From: Terriglobia bacterium
Lineage (GTDB): Bacteria; Acidobacteriota; Terriglobia; 2-12-FULL-54-10
Assembly (NCBI GenBank): GCA_963666975.2
Contig: CAXVYR010000002.1
Location: 288,001 to 352,000, forward strand
Length of the DNA: 64,000 bases
Reading direction: 5' to 3'
Shown: one piece after another, positions 28,969 through 38,968 of the stretch
How positions within the stretch are numbered: the first letter of the stretch is position 1
How the letters are laid out: every line of letters begins with the position of its first letter
Position numbers and translations under genes: made by a program
Notes under the pieces: model-generated
Databases searched by the model: none
What the model saw: only the letters and a program-made list of their open reading frames with translations
Told to the model about the DNA's origin: nothing

Positions 28969-30831
28969 CTACCATTTGGAAGGTAATCCGCCGAGCTCCA
29001 CCTGTGCCCCCATGGGCTGCACCCCGATCTCGCGTGCCATCGAGGGAACCAAGTGCACGATCTTGCCTCCTGTCATGGTCATCAACACCCGCAGCTTCGG
29101 AATGTCATCCACGGGGATGGTCAAGTAATCTTTGTCTAAAACGATCAGGTCTGCCAACTTGCCGGGCTCCAACGAGCCGAGGTCATCTTCCCTGAATACA
29201 TAATAGGAACCCCAGGTTGTGGATACCTTCAGCATCGTTTCCCGGTCCACCCGCTGCTCGGGAGCAATCACATTTCCGTTCATGTCCCGGCGGGTAATTC
29301 CGGTGTGAAGGACCTGGAACATGTTCAGGTCGGTGTAACCCAAAGGCCGGTCCAACTCCAGCGTATTCATAATCTGGTTGGTAAGCAACCTCTTCCGGGG
29401 TGTCACCCATCCCGCAGCTTTTTCCCCGTACTCGCGCAGGATTCTCTCCCCGTTGCCTTCCCAGAGATAGAAGTCCCAGTTGCCCACCATCATACCCAGA
29501 TTCTTGATGCGCACCGCCTGATCATCCCTGGGAGACATCTGTCCATGATCGTAAGCATGCCGTTTGTCCCGAATCTGCGCCAGCGTCATCCCGGCGTCCT
29601 TGCTCCCCTGCTCGATGACATCCAGCAGGTGATCAATGTCCTTGTCCCCGCCGGTGTGGATGAGCGCGATCCGTCCGCCTGCCTTGACAAAGTTGTAAGT
29701 CCATTTGCGCATATCCGAACCGGGGGCGAGGGTGCAACCCGGCTCTCTTGCCTTCACATCCGGGGAAGTGCCCGGCAAGGTGGAGCAGTCAAAGGTCATC
29801 ATGGGAGAGGCGCCGACAAACCAGAAGTAATCCGTGCCTTCTCCCTGGCGAGTCGCGATATCAGCCAAAAAGTAGGGATCTTCGAAAGCTTTGTTAAAGG
29901 GCGGCCAGAAATATCCCCAGGGCAGGCGTATGGGCATTCTGTCTTCCCTTTGCAAGGTCCGGTAGCCGCGGATCTGCGCCGGGGCGTACAACATAGTGCC
30001 GTCGGTGGTGACGCCGTAGCCAGCCAGCCAAGACAGGCCATACTCGTTCATCTTCGTCCATACTTCGGGGTGATCCTTGTAGTAGATGATGTCCGGCTCG
30101 ATGAAGCGATAGATGACAGAGCCAGTGCCTGTCTCCTCGAAATTCCGTTCGGTGGCGAAAATATCCCCGACCCCGTCTCCCCAGAATTTTCTCATCTCCT
30201 CCAGGGCCCGTTCGTTGACCACCGCTCCCACAAAGCCGGCGCGGACCAGCACCGGATTATTCGGAGCCGCCAAGTCCAGATGCTGCTTGGTAATCTGGTT
30301 CCCCAACAGCGCTGTAATCTCTGCCCTATACCGATACTGTCTTCCAAAGGTCAGCGTAATGCGAACCCATTGACCCGGCTTGGCCGCACGGACCGCCTCC
30401 TCCAAAACACGCGGGAACTTCTGCAACGTCTCATCAGGAGGATCCTCCAAAAACCGTTCAATGTGGATATCGTCGGTCACCACTGCTTTTACAATGTATG
30501 GATTCAGCGGGTCCCAGTCCTGCGGGTGATCATGCGTATTGATGATGCCCGGCATAACCATCCGCCCTTTTAGGTCAATCACCTTCGTGCCCGATCCCGC
30601 CATGGCTCGAATCCGGGTATTGTTGCCCACGTGCAAGATTTTTCCATCCTTGATATGGATGGCTTGCGCAATGGTGCCCAGGTTCGAGGTGAACGATACG
30701 TTATCCACTGTCACAATTTTCCCGTTGTAAAGAATCGTATCCGAGCTTTGTTGGGCGCTCACCGGGCTACCTAGAAACGGTAACCAGACGCTGATCCACA
30801 ACACAAAAGCAGATAACTTATTTATACTCAT
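28969..30831 (-). CDS. Secreted amidohydrolase-3 paralog A6
   Basis: Signal peptide; THDHP, HTGGD, RHAYDH, ELDRP. Confidence 0.88.
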   Translation of the reverse strand: MSINKLSAFVLWISVWLPFLGSPVSAQQSSDTILYNGKIVTVDNVSFTSNLGTIAQAIHIKDGKILHVGNNTRIRAMAGSGTKVIDLKGRMVMPGIINTHDHPQDWDPLNPYIVKAVVTDDIHIERFLEDPPDETLQKFPRVLEEAVRAAKPGQWVRITLTFGRQYRYRAEITALLGNQITKQHLDLAAPNNPVLVRAGFVGAVVNERALEEMRKFWGDGVGDIFATERNFEETGTGSVIYRFIEPDIIYYKDHPEVWTKMNEYGLSWLAGYGVTTDGTMLYAPAQIRGYRTLQREDRMPIRLPWGYFWPPFNKAFEDPYFLADIATRQGEGTDYFWFVGASPMMTFDCSTLPGTSPDVKAREPGCTLAPGSDMRKWTYNFVKAGGRIALIHTGGDKDIDHLLDVIEQGSKDAGMTLAQIRDKRHAYDHGQMSPRDDQAVRIKNLGMMVGNWDFYLWEGNGERILREYGEKAAGWVTPRKRLLTNQIMNTLELDRPLGYTDLNMFQVLHTGITRRDMNGNVIAPEQRVDRETMLKVSTTWGSYYVFREDDLGSLEPGKLADLIVLDKDYLTIPVDDIPKLRVLMTMTGGKIVHLVPSMAREIGVQPMGAQVELGGLPSKW

Positions 30832-31104
30832 TGCTTCAGTACCTTTCCTAAACTAAGCTGCAGGTTGTTCGCCGCCTTGCAGAAAAATCGCCGGGCAATC
30901 GGAGAGATTTGCCCGTAGCCGGACTAAAGGACGCTCAGAAAGTATACCACTAATCCATGTCTTTTAGCGCATTAGGGCAGAGGAGATTTCTTCCCCGATC
31001 CCCGCTTGGATAGATGCCGAAATTCCTGTCTGCTTCGCCGGCGTATTGGAAGAGGCTGCTCAAGCACAAACCGAGGCCGGCACATTAAGGAAAGAATTTT
31101 TCAT

Positions 31105-32985
31105 TTACCACTGAGCAGCAGGACCAAGTAAAGCTTGGGCACCGGTCGGTTGCATGCCAATTTCCCGAGCCACCGACGGAACCAAGTGAACGGCTTTGCC
31201 TCCCACCACGGTCATGAGCACTCGGATGTTCTCAATGTCGTTTTCGGGTATTGTCAAGTAATCCCGATCGAGCACGATGAAATCGGCCCACTTCCCGGGT
31301 TCAAGCGAACCCAGTTCGTTCTCTTTCAGGATGTAATACGCACCCCAGGTCGTCGCCGTTTTCAGGGCGAGTTCCCGGCTGATCTTTTGATTCTGCCCGT
31401 AGACTTTGCCATCCCACGCCTTCCGATTGATCACACGCGCCAATGTCCAGAAGATGGTCAGATTGGTTGTGGACAATGCCCGATCGACTTCAAAGCCGCT
31501 GGGGATTTGGGCCTCGATCAACGACTTTTTCGGAACCACCCACTCCAGCGCTTTTTCCCCATAGGTTTCCAATATGCCAGGAGAGGCCTGATAGATTTCA
31601 AAAGCATCTCCCCCCAGGACCAGACCCAATTCCTTAATGAGCGGCAGCTGATCCGGCCGGGGGGACATCACATTGTGGTCGAACGTGTGTCTTTTGGCGC
31701 GGATCTGTTCTGGTGTGAAACCAGCCTCCTTGCTGGCTTTTGAAATAATATCGATTATGTTGTCGATGTCTCTGTCACCCACAGTATGGGTTACCGCGTA
31801 CCGGCCACCCATTTTCACCCACTGATACAGCATTTCGTAGTTTCTGGTTCCGGGATCATAAGCGCATGTTCGACGGCGTTGGGCTGCTTGCTCCGACAAG
31901 TCCACACGGGGCACCAAAGTGGTGCATCCAGCACCTACGGTTTGGGCGCCCCGGGAGCCGCTGTGCCAAAAATAGTCATTCCCGTTGCCGTTCATGGAAA
32001 TCAGCGCACTCACGTAGTACTCGTCATTATTGAAAAAGTCTTCGCGCCAATTCCAGGCCCACATGTTCCGGACCGGCATCTGCCCGCTTCGGGACAGGTC
32101 GTCAAACACCCTCAGGTTGGCCGGATCGTATGCCTGCGAGGCAAAGGCGGTCATTCCATAGCCCGCCCACCAAGTCAGGCCCAGGCGCTGGACCTCCTTC
32201 AACTCTTTATAGTGGTCCCGCATGACCACATCACTGAACATCCAGCGCATGGGGTTTGCCCCACCGGCCCCAGTCTCATGATCAATTTGACTGGCTACAT
32301 CCTCCGGGAATGTCCGGTCAGCTATTTCCAGCGCCTTGGAATTCAAAACGAAACGAGTAAAAGCGTCCCGCAACAGGACCGGATTGTTGGCAGCCACGGC
32401 ATCCAGTTGTGCTTTTGTGATCTTGAGAGGGGTACCGAACAAGCTATCGTCGAACTGGCCGAATCCGCCATTCCCTCCCGTGCTGTACTCATAGTTCTTA
32501 CCCAAGGGGAAGACCAGGTAAACCCACTGTCCCGGCTTGGCCTTGCCGAGAGCTTCCCGCAAGATTGCGGGATACGCCTGGAGTTGTTCCTGGGGACTGC
32601 CCTCCAGAACCCGTGTAACTACAATATCGTCCGTGAGGACATGCCGGATGACGTAGGGATTGACGGGGCTCCAATCAAAAGGGTGTTCGTGAACGCTGAT
32701 CAGTCCGGGCAGAACCGTGCGGCCCTTCAGGTCAATCACCCGTGTGTTGGGCCCGGCCATAGCCCGAATCTCGGCGTTGTTGCCCACATGCAGGATCGTA
32801 TCCCCTCTGACGTGCATGGCCTGCGCAATGGTTCCGAGGGAAGAGGTGTAGCTCGTGTCGTCCACCGTGACAATTTTCGCGTTGAAGTAAATCGTGTCGG
32901 AATCTTGTTGTGCCTGGCTGACGCGCCCAGACAACAGCAAGATACTCAGCAGAAGCAAAAAACACCCGCTCCTTCTGTTACGCAT
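31105..32985 (-). CDS. Secreted amidohydrolase-3 paralog A7 (first and most divergent of the array)
   Basis: Start at ATG 32985 (AAGGAAG RBS, MRNRRSGCFLLLL signal peptide); VHEHP, HTVGD, RHTFDH, EVDRA. Confidence 0.88.
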   Translation of the reverse strand: MRNRRSGCFLLLLSILLLSGRVSQAQQDSDTIYFNAKIVTVDDTSYTSSLGTIAQAMHVRGDTILHVGNNAEIRAMAGPNTRVIDLKGRTVLPGLISVHEHPFDWSPVNPYVIRHVLTDDIVVTRVLEGSPQEQLQAYPAILREALGKAKPGQWVYLVFPLGKNYEYSTGGNGGFGQFDDSLFGTPLKITKAQLDAVAANNPVLLRDAFTRFVLNSKALEIADRTFPEDVASQIDHETGAGGANPMRWMFSDVVMRDHYKELKEVQRLGLTWWAGYGMTAFASQAYDPANLRVFDDLSRSGQMPVRNMWAWNWREDFFNNDEYYVSALISMNGNGNDYFWHSGSRGAQTVGAGCTTLVPRVDLSEQAAQRRRTCAYDPGTRNYEMLYQWVKMGGRYAVTHTVGDRDIDNIIDIISKASKEAGFTPEQIRAKRHTFDHNVMSPRPDQLPLIKELGLVLGGDAFEIYQASPGILETYGEKALEWVVPKKSLIEAQIPSGFEVDRALSTTNLTIFWTLARVINRKAWDGKVYGQNQKISRELALKTATTWGAYYILKENELGSLEPGKWADFIVLDRDYLTIPENDIENIRVLMTVVGGKAVHLVPSVAREIGMQPTGAQALLGPAAQW

Positions 32986-33043
32986 GGTCACTTCCTTAAA
33001 CTTCAGATGTAATGAACGGAGTTTGTAAACCGATTCTCTGTGC

Positions 33044-33085
33044 AAAAAAGGTGGGCAAAGATTTGGCTAACCAAATCTTTGCCCA
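33044..33085 (-). terminator. Strong hairpin plus U-tract between the TBDR and the amidohydrolase array
   Basis: 15-bp perfect stem TGGGCAAAGATTTGG-ctaa-CCAAATCTTTGCCCA (33052-33085), followed on the minus strand by CCTTTTTT. Confidence 0.7.
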
Positions 33086-33102
33086 AGCAAGGCCCAATCC
33101 AA

Positions 33103-36100
33103 TCAGAAGGCGAACTTCAACCCGAACTGGATCTGCCGTGTCGGCAGGCCGGGGAGGGTTTGTGAGATCACTCCGGCGCCACCCCGATCAATTTGCGCAA
33201 ACGGGGGTCGGAAGTGGGCAGTGTTGGTGAGGTTGAAGAACTCCGCCCGAAACTCAAAGTTTCGTTCCTCGCCAAAGGGGAAATTTTTGACTATCGACAA
33301 GTCTAAGTTACGGAGTCCCGGACCGATGAGCGTGTTTCTGCCCGTGGTCCCGTAGAATCCCGTCGTTTGCGGTACGAAGGAACTGGGGTCAAAGTACTGA
33401 TCGATACTTCCCCCCGTCGGGTTATTGTCGGCCCCCTGTACGAGATCCGGGCGGGTGCTGTGAATGATCGCGCCATTATTGGATCGGTTGGTACCCATTC
33501 TTACCGTAAACGGGTTGCCCGGCGATAGCTTCACGATTCCATTTAATCGCCAGCCGTTAATCAATCCTCTGGCGAATAGGTTATCGAAGTCGCCGGTGGG
33601 AAACTCGTAACCAAAACTGGTCACAAAGTTGTGTCCGATGTGATAACTAGCCAAGCTGCGATCGTTCTTGTGGTCATCCGGGTCCTGAGAGCCACCGACC
33701 CCATTGGTAGCGGACGATATTGTATCCCATCGATCAAAACTCTCATCGATAGTCTTGGACCAGGTATAAGCGACCGCCACTTGAATTCCCGACTGGAAGC
33801 GGCGATTCAAATTCACTTGTAACGAGTTGTAAAACGACTGCGCCCAACTGGATTGCCGTGCATCCCAAATAACGCTGGAATTTCGACGGACTGTGGTGCC
33901 GCCGGCGCACCCATCCATTGGTTGAAAGCACCTGCGGCCATCAGAAAACGTCCCCGGTTCCTTAGTGTTGGCAGCTCTCAGAAAGTCCAGGTGATTTCCT
34001 CTGGACCCTGCGTAAGCCACTGTCAATGAAGTGCCCGGTATTAGCTCGCGCTGCAGCGTCAGGTTGTACTGCATGAGGTAGGCGTGGTCGCGGTCATAAT
34101 CCATTGTCTGAACTCCCGGCCTTCCGGCAGCGCGAGGGTCTATCCCTCGGAAGACTCCCAAGAAGGTCGGGTTAGTGACGTTCCCAATGGTGTAAATGGG
34201 AGGTTGGCGAACCGCCGTGATGAACCAAGTGTTGGAAAGCATATGCATTCGGAAGGTTCCGAACCCCCCGCGCAGAGCGGTCTTGCCGTCTCCTTTCAAA
34301 TCCCAGGCGAAGCCGACGCGCGGCTGAATATTGATGGCCTGCGAGGCGTTCTTATAGTACGGTCCGATGGTGGGCTCTAGAGCCCGTACGTGCCGAAAGT
34401 TTGCTAAACGGTTATGATTTTCTGTTGGAACCGTGGACATCTCCCATCGCACGCCCAAGTTCAAAGTGAAGCCCGGTTTCACTTGCCAACTATCATCGAT
34501 AAACGTCCCAATCATCCACTGGCGCATACTCCGGACCGCGGCGCCCCTGGGGTCTCCACTCCCCAAGGCACCCTGCCATAGATCCGGCATGCCTTGCAAG
34601 AACGCCACCACATTGGGAAATCGGTAGGCTCCTCCCAAATTCTGGGGTGCGGCGAGATTGCTCTGATATCGCTTGAGGAGCGCTCCAAATTTAAGCTGGT
34701 GTGACCCTTGGGTGGTAGTCAGGTCGTCCTGGTAATGGAAGTTGTTTGCTATGTAGATCTTCGGCAAGTTGGTAGCAGTCCCAATAGACGTCAGAGCGCC
34801 ACCCAGGAAACCGATGCCGGCACTTTGGCCAAAGGGGAGCCCGGTGGGCGGATTAAAGGAAGGCAGGCCCTCCGCGAAAAGCGGTTCGTCGTCCACATTG
34901 TAGTTCATGCGGGTGAAGCCAACCCTAGCCGTATTGATCCATGTGGGAGAGAAGATGTGGTTCCACTCCGCCGTAGCGTACTGCCATCTGTTTCTTCCCA
35001 AGCCCTCGGCTATAGCGATGTTATTACTCGGAAATTTCTGGGTGGAGTGGTCAAAGGTGTAGCGGACAAAGAAATTATCGGAATCCGAGAAGCGGTGATC
35101 CACGCGGGCCATCCAATAAAATTGATCGATCGGCTCGCTAAAAGAGCTTACAAACTGTGCTGTGCCATCCCCAAAATTTCTCCCATTCGCCTGCGGCGTG
35201 AGAGCGATGAACGGCGCGATATCCGGAGCGACACCGACATTCCCACCTGCCGAATCCGGAAGGATACCCATCCGGGCGTTGGCATCCAGGACTCTCCCTA
35301 TGACGGCTTCGCCCCTGCGTTGCCGCAAAAGTTCAACCGTCGAAAAGAAGAACGTCCGGTCTTGGATAACGGGCCCTCCCACAGCGCCCCCGAACTGGTT
35401 GCGCTTAAACCCTGGCCTTTCCTTGCCGGCGGCATTGAGGAAATAGTCGTTGGCATCCAACTGGCTGTTGCGGTGAAATTCGAACAACGAGCCGTGAATC
35501 GAATTGGTGCCGGACATCGTGACCGAATTGACTACCGCTCCGCCCTGGCTGGGGTGGGCGGCGCTGTAGCTATTGGTCAACAGAGAAAACTCTCGAACAG
35601 CTTCGATGCCCAATCCGCCGCCCGTCACTGCTCCTGGGGTTTGACGGTGAACATCCATGACCTCCGTTCCATCCACCAAGTACAGATTGGCGCTCACCCT
35701 GGCCCCGCTTACGGAAATTCTTTTTCCGGAACCGGTGCCGGTGTTTTGCCGAGTCGTACCTCCCGTGCTCAATGCCTGATTCGCGCCCGTTTGCAGGAGC
35801 ACAAGCTGGGTAAAATCGCGGCCATTCAAGGGCAAATTGCGAATCTGTTCATCGTCAACCAGAGCCGAAAGAGTGGAGGTTGTGGTCGCCACCACGGGAG
35901 CTTCTCCTGTTACCTCCACACTCTCCGTGACCGCCCCTACGCGGAGCGAGATATTGACGGTCGCTTCCAGGCCAACCGTTAATCTGATCCCTGGCCGAAC
36001 AGCAGCTTGAAATCCCTGCAGTTCCACTCTCAGTTCATAGGTTCCAACCGAAAGCAGCGGCAGGTGATAGACACCTCTGGCGTCTGTCTCCGCGCTGCGC

Positions 36101-36282
36101 GTGGCCCCGGTGTTTTCATTTGTGGTGGTCACAGCCGCCCCAGGAATGACTGCCCCGGTGCCGTCGGTAACCGTGCCGGAAAGCGTTGCGCTGGTTACTT
36201 GGGCATGCCCGATAGAGAAGGGGAGCACCAAAAGAAGCGTCAACAGAATCGGAGTGAAACGCAAAATCCGCCGAGTAGACAT
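33103..36282 (-). CDS. TonB-dependent receptor (Oar-like), complete
   Basis: Start at ATG 36282 (GGAGG RBS); signal peptide; LSGTVTD.TGAVIPGA, LPLNGRDF, SGTN.IHGSLFEFHRN, RNQFGG, FRAEFFN and C-terminal RQIQFGLKFAF. Confidence 0.93.
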   Translation of the reverse strand: MSTRRILRFTPILLTLLLVLPFSIGHAQVTSATLSGTVTDGTGAVIPGAAVTTTNENTGATRSAETDARGVYHLPLLSVGTYELRVELQGFQAAVRPGIRLTVGLEATVNISLRVGAVTESVEVTGEAPVVATTTSTLSALVDDEQIRNLPLNGRDFTQLVLLQTGANQALSTGGTTRQNTGTGSGKRISVSGARVSANLYLVDGTEVMDVHRQTPGAVTGGGLGIEAVREFSLLTNSYSAAHPSQGGAVVNSVTMSGTNSIHGSLFEFHRNSQLDANDYFLNAAGKERPGFKRNQFGGAVGGPVIQDRTFFFSTVELLRQRRGEAVIGRVLDANARMGILPDSAGGNVGVAPDIAPFIALTPQANGRNFGDGTAQFVSSFSEPIDQFYWMARVDHRFSDSDNFFVRYTFDHSTQKFPSNNIAIAEGLGRNRWQYATAEWNHIFSPTWINTARVGFTRMNYNVDDEPLFAEGLPSFNPPTGLPFGQSAGIGFLGGALTSIGTATNLPKIYIANNFHYQDDLTTTQGSHQLKFGALLKRYQSNLAAPQNLGGAYRFPNVVAFLQGMPDLWQGALGSGDPRGAAVRSMRQWMIGTFIDDSWQVKPGFTLNLGVRWEMSTVPTENHNRLANFRHVRALEPTIGPYYKNASQAINIQPRVGFAWDLKGDGKTALRGGFGTFRMHMLSNTWFITAVRQPPIYTIGNVTNPTFLGVFRGIDPRAAGRPGVQTMDYDRDHAYLMQYNLTLQRELIPGTSLTVAYAGSRGNHLDFLRAANTKEPGTFSDGRRCFQPMDGCAGGTTVRRNSSVIWDARQSSWAQSFYNSLQVNLNRRFQSGIQVAVAYTWSKTIDESFDRWDTISSATNGVGGSQDPDDHKNDRSLASYHIGHNFVTSFGYEFPTGDFDNLFARGLINGWRLNGIVKLSPGNPFTVRMGTNRSNNGAIIHSTRPDLVQGADNNPTGGSIDQYFDPSSFVPQTTGFYGTTGRNTLIGPGLRNLDLSIVKNFPFGEERNFEFRAEFFNLTNTAHFRPPFAQIDRGGAGVISQTLPGLPTRQIQFGLKFAF

Positions 36283-36363
36283 AGACTGACCTCCAACATT
36301 AGATAAGATTTTCAATGCTTTTACCAATTATACATATAAAATGTCAAGCTCTTTATCCTCATT

Positions 36364-36415
36364 TGTCGTTAGCATATGATATGTCCGGTGGAAATAGCAA
36401 GTGAAGTGTCCGCTT
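36364..36415 (+). mobile_element. Possible IS terminal remnant (IS481/ISNCY-like)
   Basis: TGTCGTTAGCATATGATATGTCCGGT...TAGCAAGTGAAGTGTCCGCT: TGT start with internal TAGCA...TGTCCG repeats, at the point where a TBDR fragment begins. Confidence 0.4.
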
Positions 36416-36499
36416 GGAAGGCGGTCTGGGGTAAGAGCATCTATCCAGGAGGTGGAGATGGAGTCATACCCGAGGGCCGCGATGGAGCGGGCAATGAAG

Positions 36500-38257
36500 A
36501 TACAAGAAGTAATCTTTTCGTCCCTCCAGAGGGCAATATCATGAATACCTTTCAGTTTGCCGACGATGTAGTGCTCCAGAAGGGAGCCCACGCGCTGAAG
36601 TTTGGATTGGAAATTCATCGCTATCGCTGGCACGTGTTCTCGAACTGGGCCAGAGCGGCTCAATGGTCATTCAACAGCCTGGACAGCTTTCTCCAGGGAG
36701 GTTTGCCGACGATGTAGTGCTCCAGAAGGGAGCCCACGCCTGGAAATTCATCGCTATCGCTGGCACGTGTTCTCGAACTGGGCCAGAGGGACCCGCTTGA
36801 CGGTGGCGTTACCGGGCTCGGACAACAGATAAAATTACCGGCAAACTCTGATGGGTTTCTATTTCCAGGATGCCTATGCAATGAGTCCGCGCCTGAAACT
36901 CAATTTGGGCCTGCGCTACGAGTTCACCACGCTCCTACACGACAAATTCGGCAAGAGCATTTTTCTTCCTGACCCGGTGCGGGATTCCAATGTACAGATT
37001 GGGCCTCTCCTGGAGGGCAATCCTTCGCTACGCAACTTTTCACCCCTCCTGGGCATTAGCTGGTCCCCGGGGAGCAGCGGCAACACAGTGCTCAGCGCTG
37101 GTTTTGGCGTTTACTACGATCAACTGCTGGAGTATGTGGTAGACCAGCTGAAAAGTACGGTCCCATTTTATAGCGTGGTGGTCAGAAACAACTTTGATTC
37201 CTCCACGACGTTTCCCGACGCGGTCGCGGCTGCGGCCGGAACACCGTTCCAGGCTCAGGGCCTGGATTACCGAAACACGACTACCCCGATGGTGTTGCGC
37301 TACAACTTTGCGGTTCAACAGCAGCTTCCGGGTGGCTGGCGTCTGCGGACATCTTATGTGGGAGCCAGGGGCAACCATTTGTTTCGCAACTATGAAGCGA
37401 ACCTCTTCCCGGTTCCCATCACCGAAGCCGACGGCTCGCTTTTCTTCCCACCCAATGAAGGCCCGGTAAATCCTGCTTTCGGAGGAATTAGAATTACCAG
37501 CAGTGATGCGCAATCTCTCTACAATTCGCTTCAGCTTTCTGTGAACAGGCGCCTCAGCCAAGGGATTTCTTTTCAAGCCGGCTACACTTACAGCAAGTCC
37601 GTGGATGACGCTTCTTCCTCCGGGCCTGAAACGGACGCTTCCCAGTACGGGTTGTTACGAACTCAGGACCGAAGCCTTTCGGATTTCGACATTCGCCATC
37701 GTCTCGTGATCAACTACTTCTACACCCCTCCCCTGGGAGCCGGGCGGGGACGGTGGGGTTCCGGCGTCTTTTCGCACATATTGGGAGGCTGGACTTTGGG
37801 AGGGATCACGTCGCTTCGCACCGGGGTTCCTTTTACTCCGCTGGTCCAAGTCCGTACGCCGGGATTCTTATTCTCAGCCCGCCGGCCCAACTTGCTTCCC
37901 GAACGGAAAACAAATCCCGTCCTCGGCGAACCCGATCAATATTTCGATCCCTTCGCCTATAGCTTGCCTCCGCCGGGAACCCTCGGCAATGCTGGGCGTA
38001 ACACTCTGATCGCGCCGACCGTCTTCAATATGGATGTTTCCCTCCAGAGGGAATTTTCCCTGGATGCGAAAAGGCGGCTCCAATTCCGGGCAGAATTTTT
38101 CAATTTGCTGAACCACACCAACTTTGCTCGTATTTCTGGGGGTTCGAACAACATCTTTGTGGGTGCTTCTGGCCGCCGCAATCCCACTGCCGGAAGACTG
38201 CACAGCACTGCCACCACCGCGCGCCAGATCCAGTTTGCCCTGCGGTTTTCCTTCTAA
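36500..38257 (+). pseudogene. TonB-dependent receptor C-terminal half (5' missing, local duplication and frameshift)
   Basis: NTFQFADDV...GAHALKFG.E, YFQD...LNLGLRYEF, FRAEFFN and RQIQFALRFSF; no signal peptide or plug domain. Confidence 0.8.
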
Positions 38258-38350
38258 ACAAACGAAGCCATTGCTAAGCGGCGGCTTATTCTTCCGGAAG
38301 CAAGCTGCTTCGGCAAAGTATTGAAAGCCGCAGAAGCTCCCGTTCTCCGG

Positions 38351-38773
38351 TTACTTTTCTCCCTCAATCTCTACCGCATACCCGTCGGGATCCTGAAGGG
38401 AAAATGCCCATCCCCAGGGATGTTGTTCGGGAGGATGGGGAATGTTCACGCCCCGCCGTTTCATCGTTTGGTAAGCGGCGTCGACAGAATCCGCGTGAAT
38501 CCCGATAGTGATCGAGTTCGTCTGGATGGGCTCGGAAAATCTAGCTTTCCCGAACCATAGACCGCCCCCTTCGAATTCCACAGACTGTTCTGCACTTTCG
38601 GAGGTCACCTTGAGACCCAGCTTGTCGCGGTAGAAAGCTGTGGTTCGGCTTATATCCTTCACCCAGATGTGAATGTGCCGCACCTTCAGTTGCGTCGAGC
38701 CGGTTTGAGGGCTGGCAACGGTTGCCAGCATCGGAATCAGGAAACTTGCCAGAATTGCTGATCGAACAAACAT
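38351..38773 (-). CDS. Secreted VOC/glyoxalase-family protein
   Basis: Signal peptide; HIHIWVKD...FYRDKLGL...PWG...DPDG..VEI. Confidence 0.85.
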   Translation of the reverse strand: MFVRSAILASFLIPMLATVASPQTGSTQLKVRHIHIWVKDISRTTAFYRDKLGLKVTSESAEQSVEFEGGGLWFGKARFSEPIQTNSITIGIHADSVDAAYQTMKRRGVNIPHPPEQHPWGWAFSLQDPDGYAVEIEGEK

Positions 38774-38968
38774 GCTATTTACCTCCTTTTTGAAATTCCG
38801 AAGGCCCGGGAAACGCTACATAATTCCCATCGGCCACCCATGAAAGCATCCTCTCCAAACAGGCGGAAACCAACTATTGTCAGTTGAGTGGCTACAAGCT
38901 GGAAATGCCCGCGCTGAGAAAGGTGTCAGTGATCTTTGGGTCCTTCCTGAAGACAACAATGCAGGGCC

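Noticed and set aside
36553-36790. ~100-bp tandem duplication with deletions in the TBDR fragment
   Set aside because: The pattern (second copy missing short chunks) recurs at four places in the window and resembles long-read consensus error; not treated as biology without read support.
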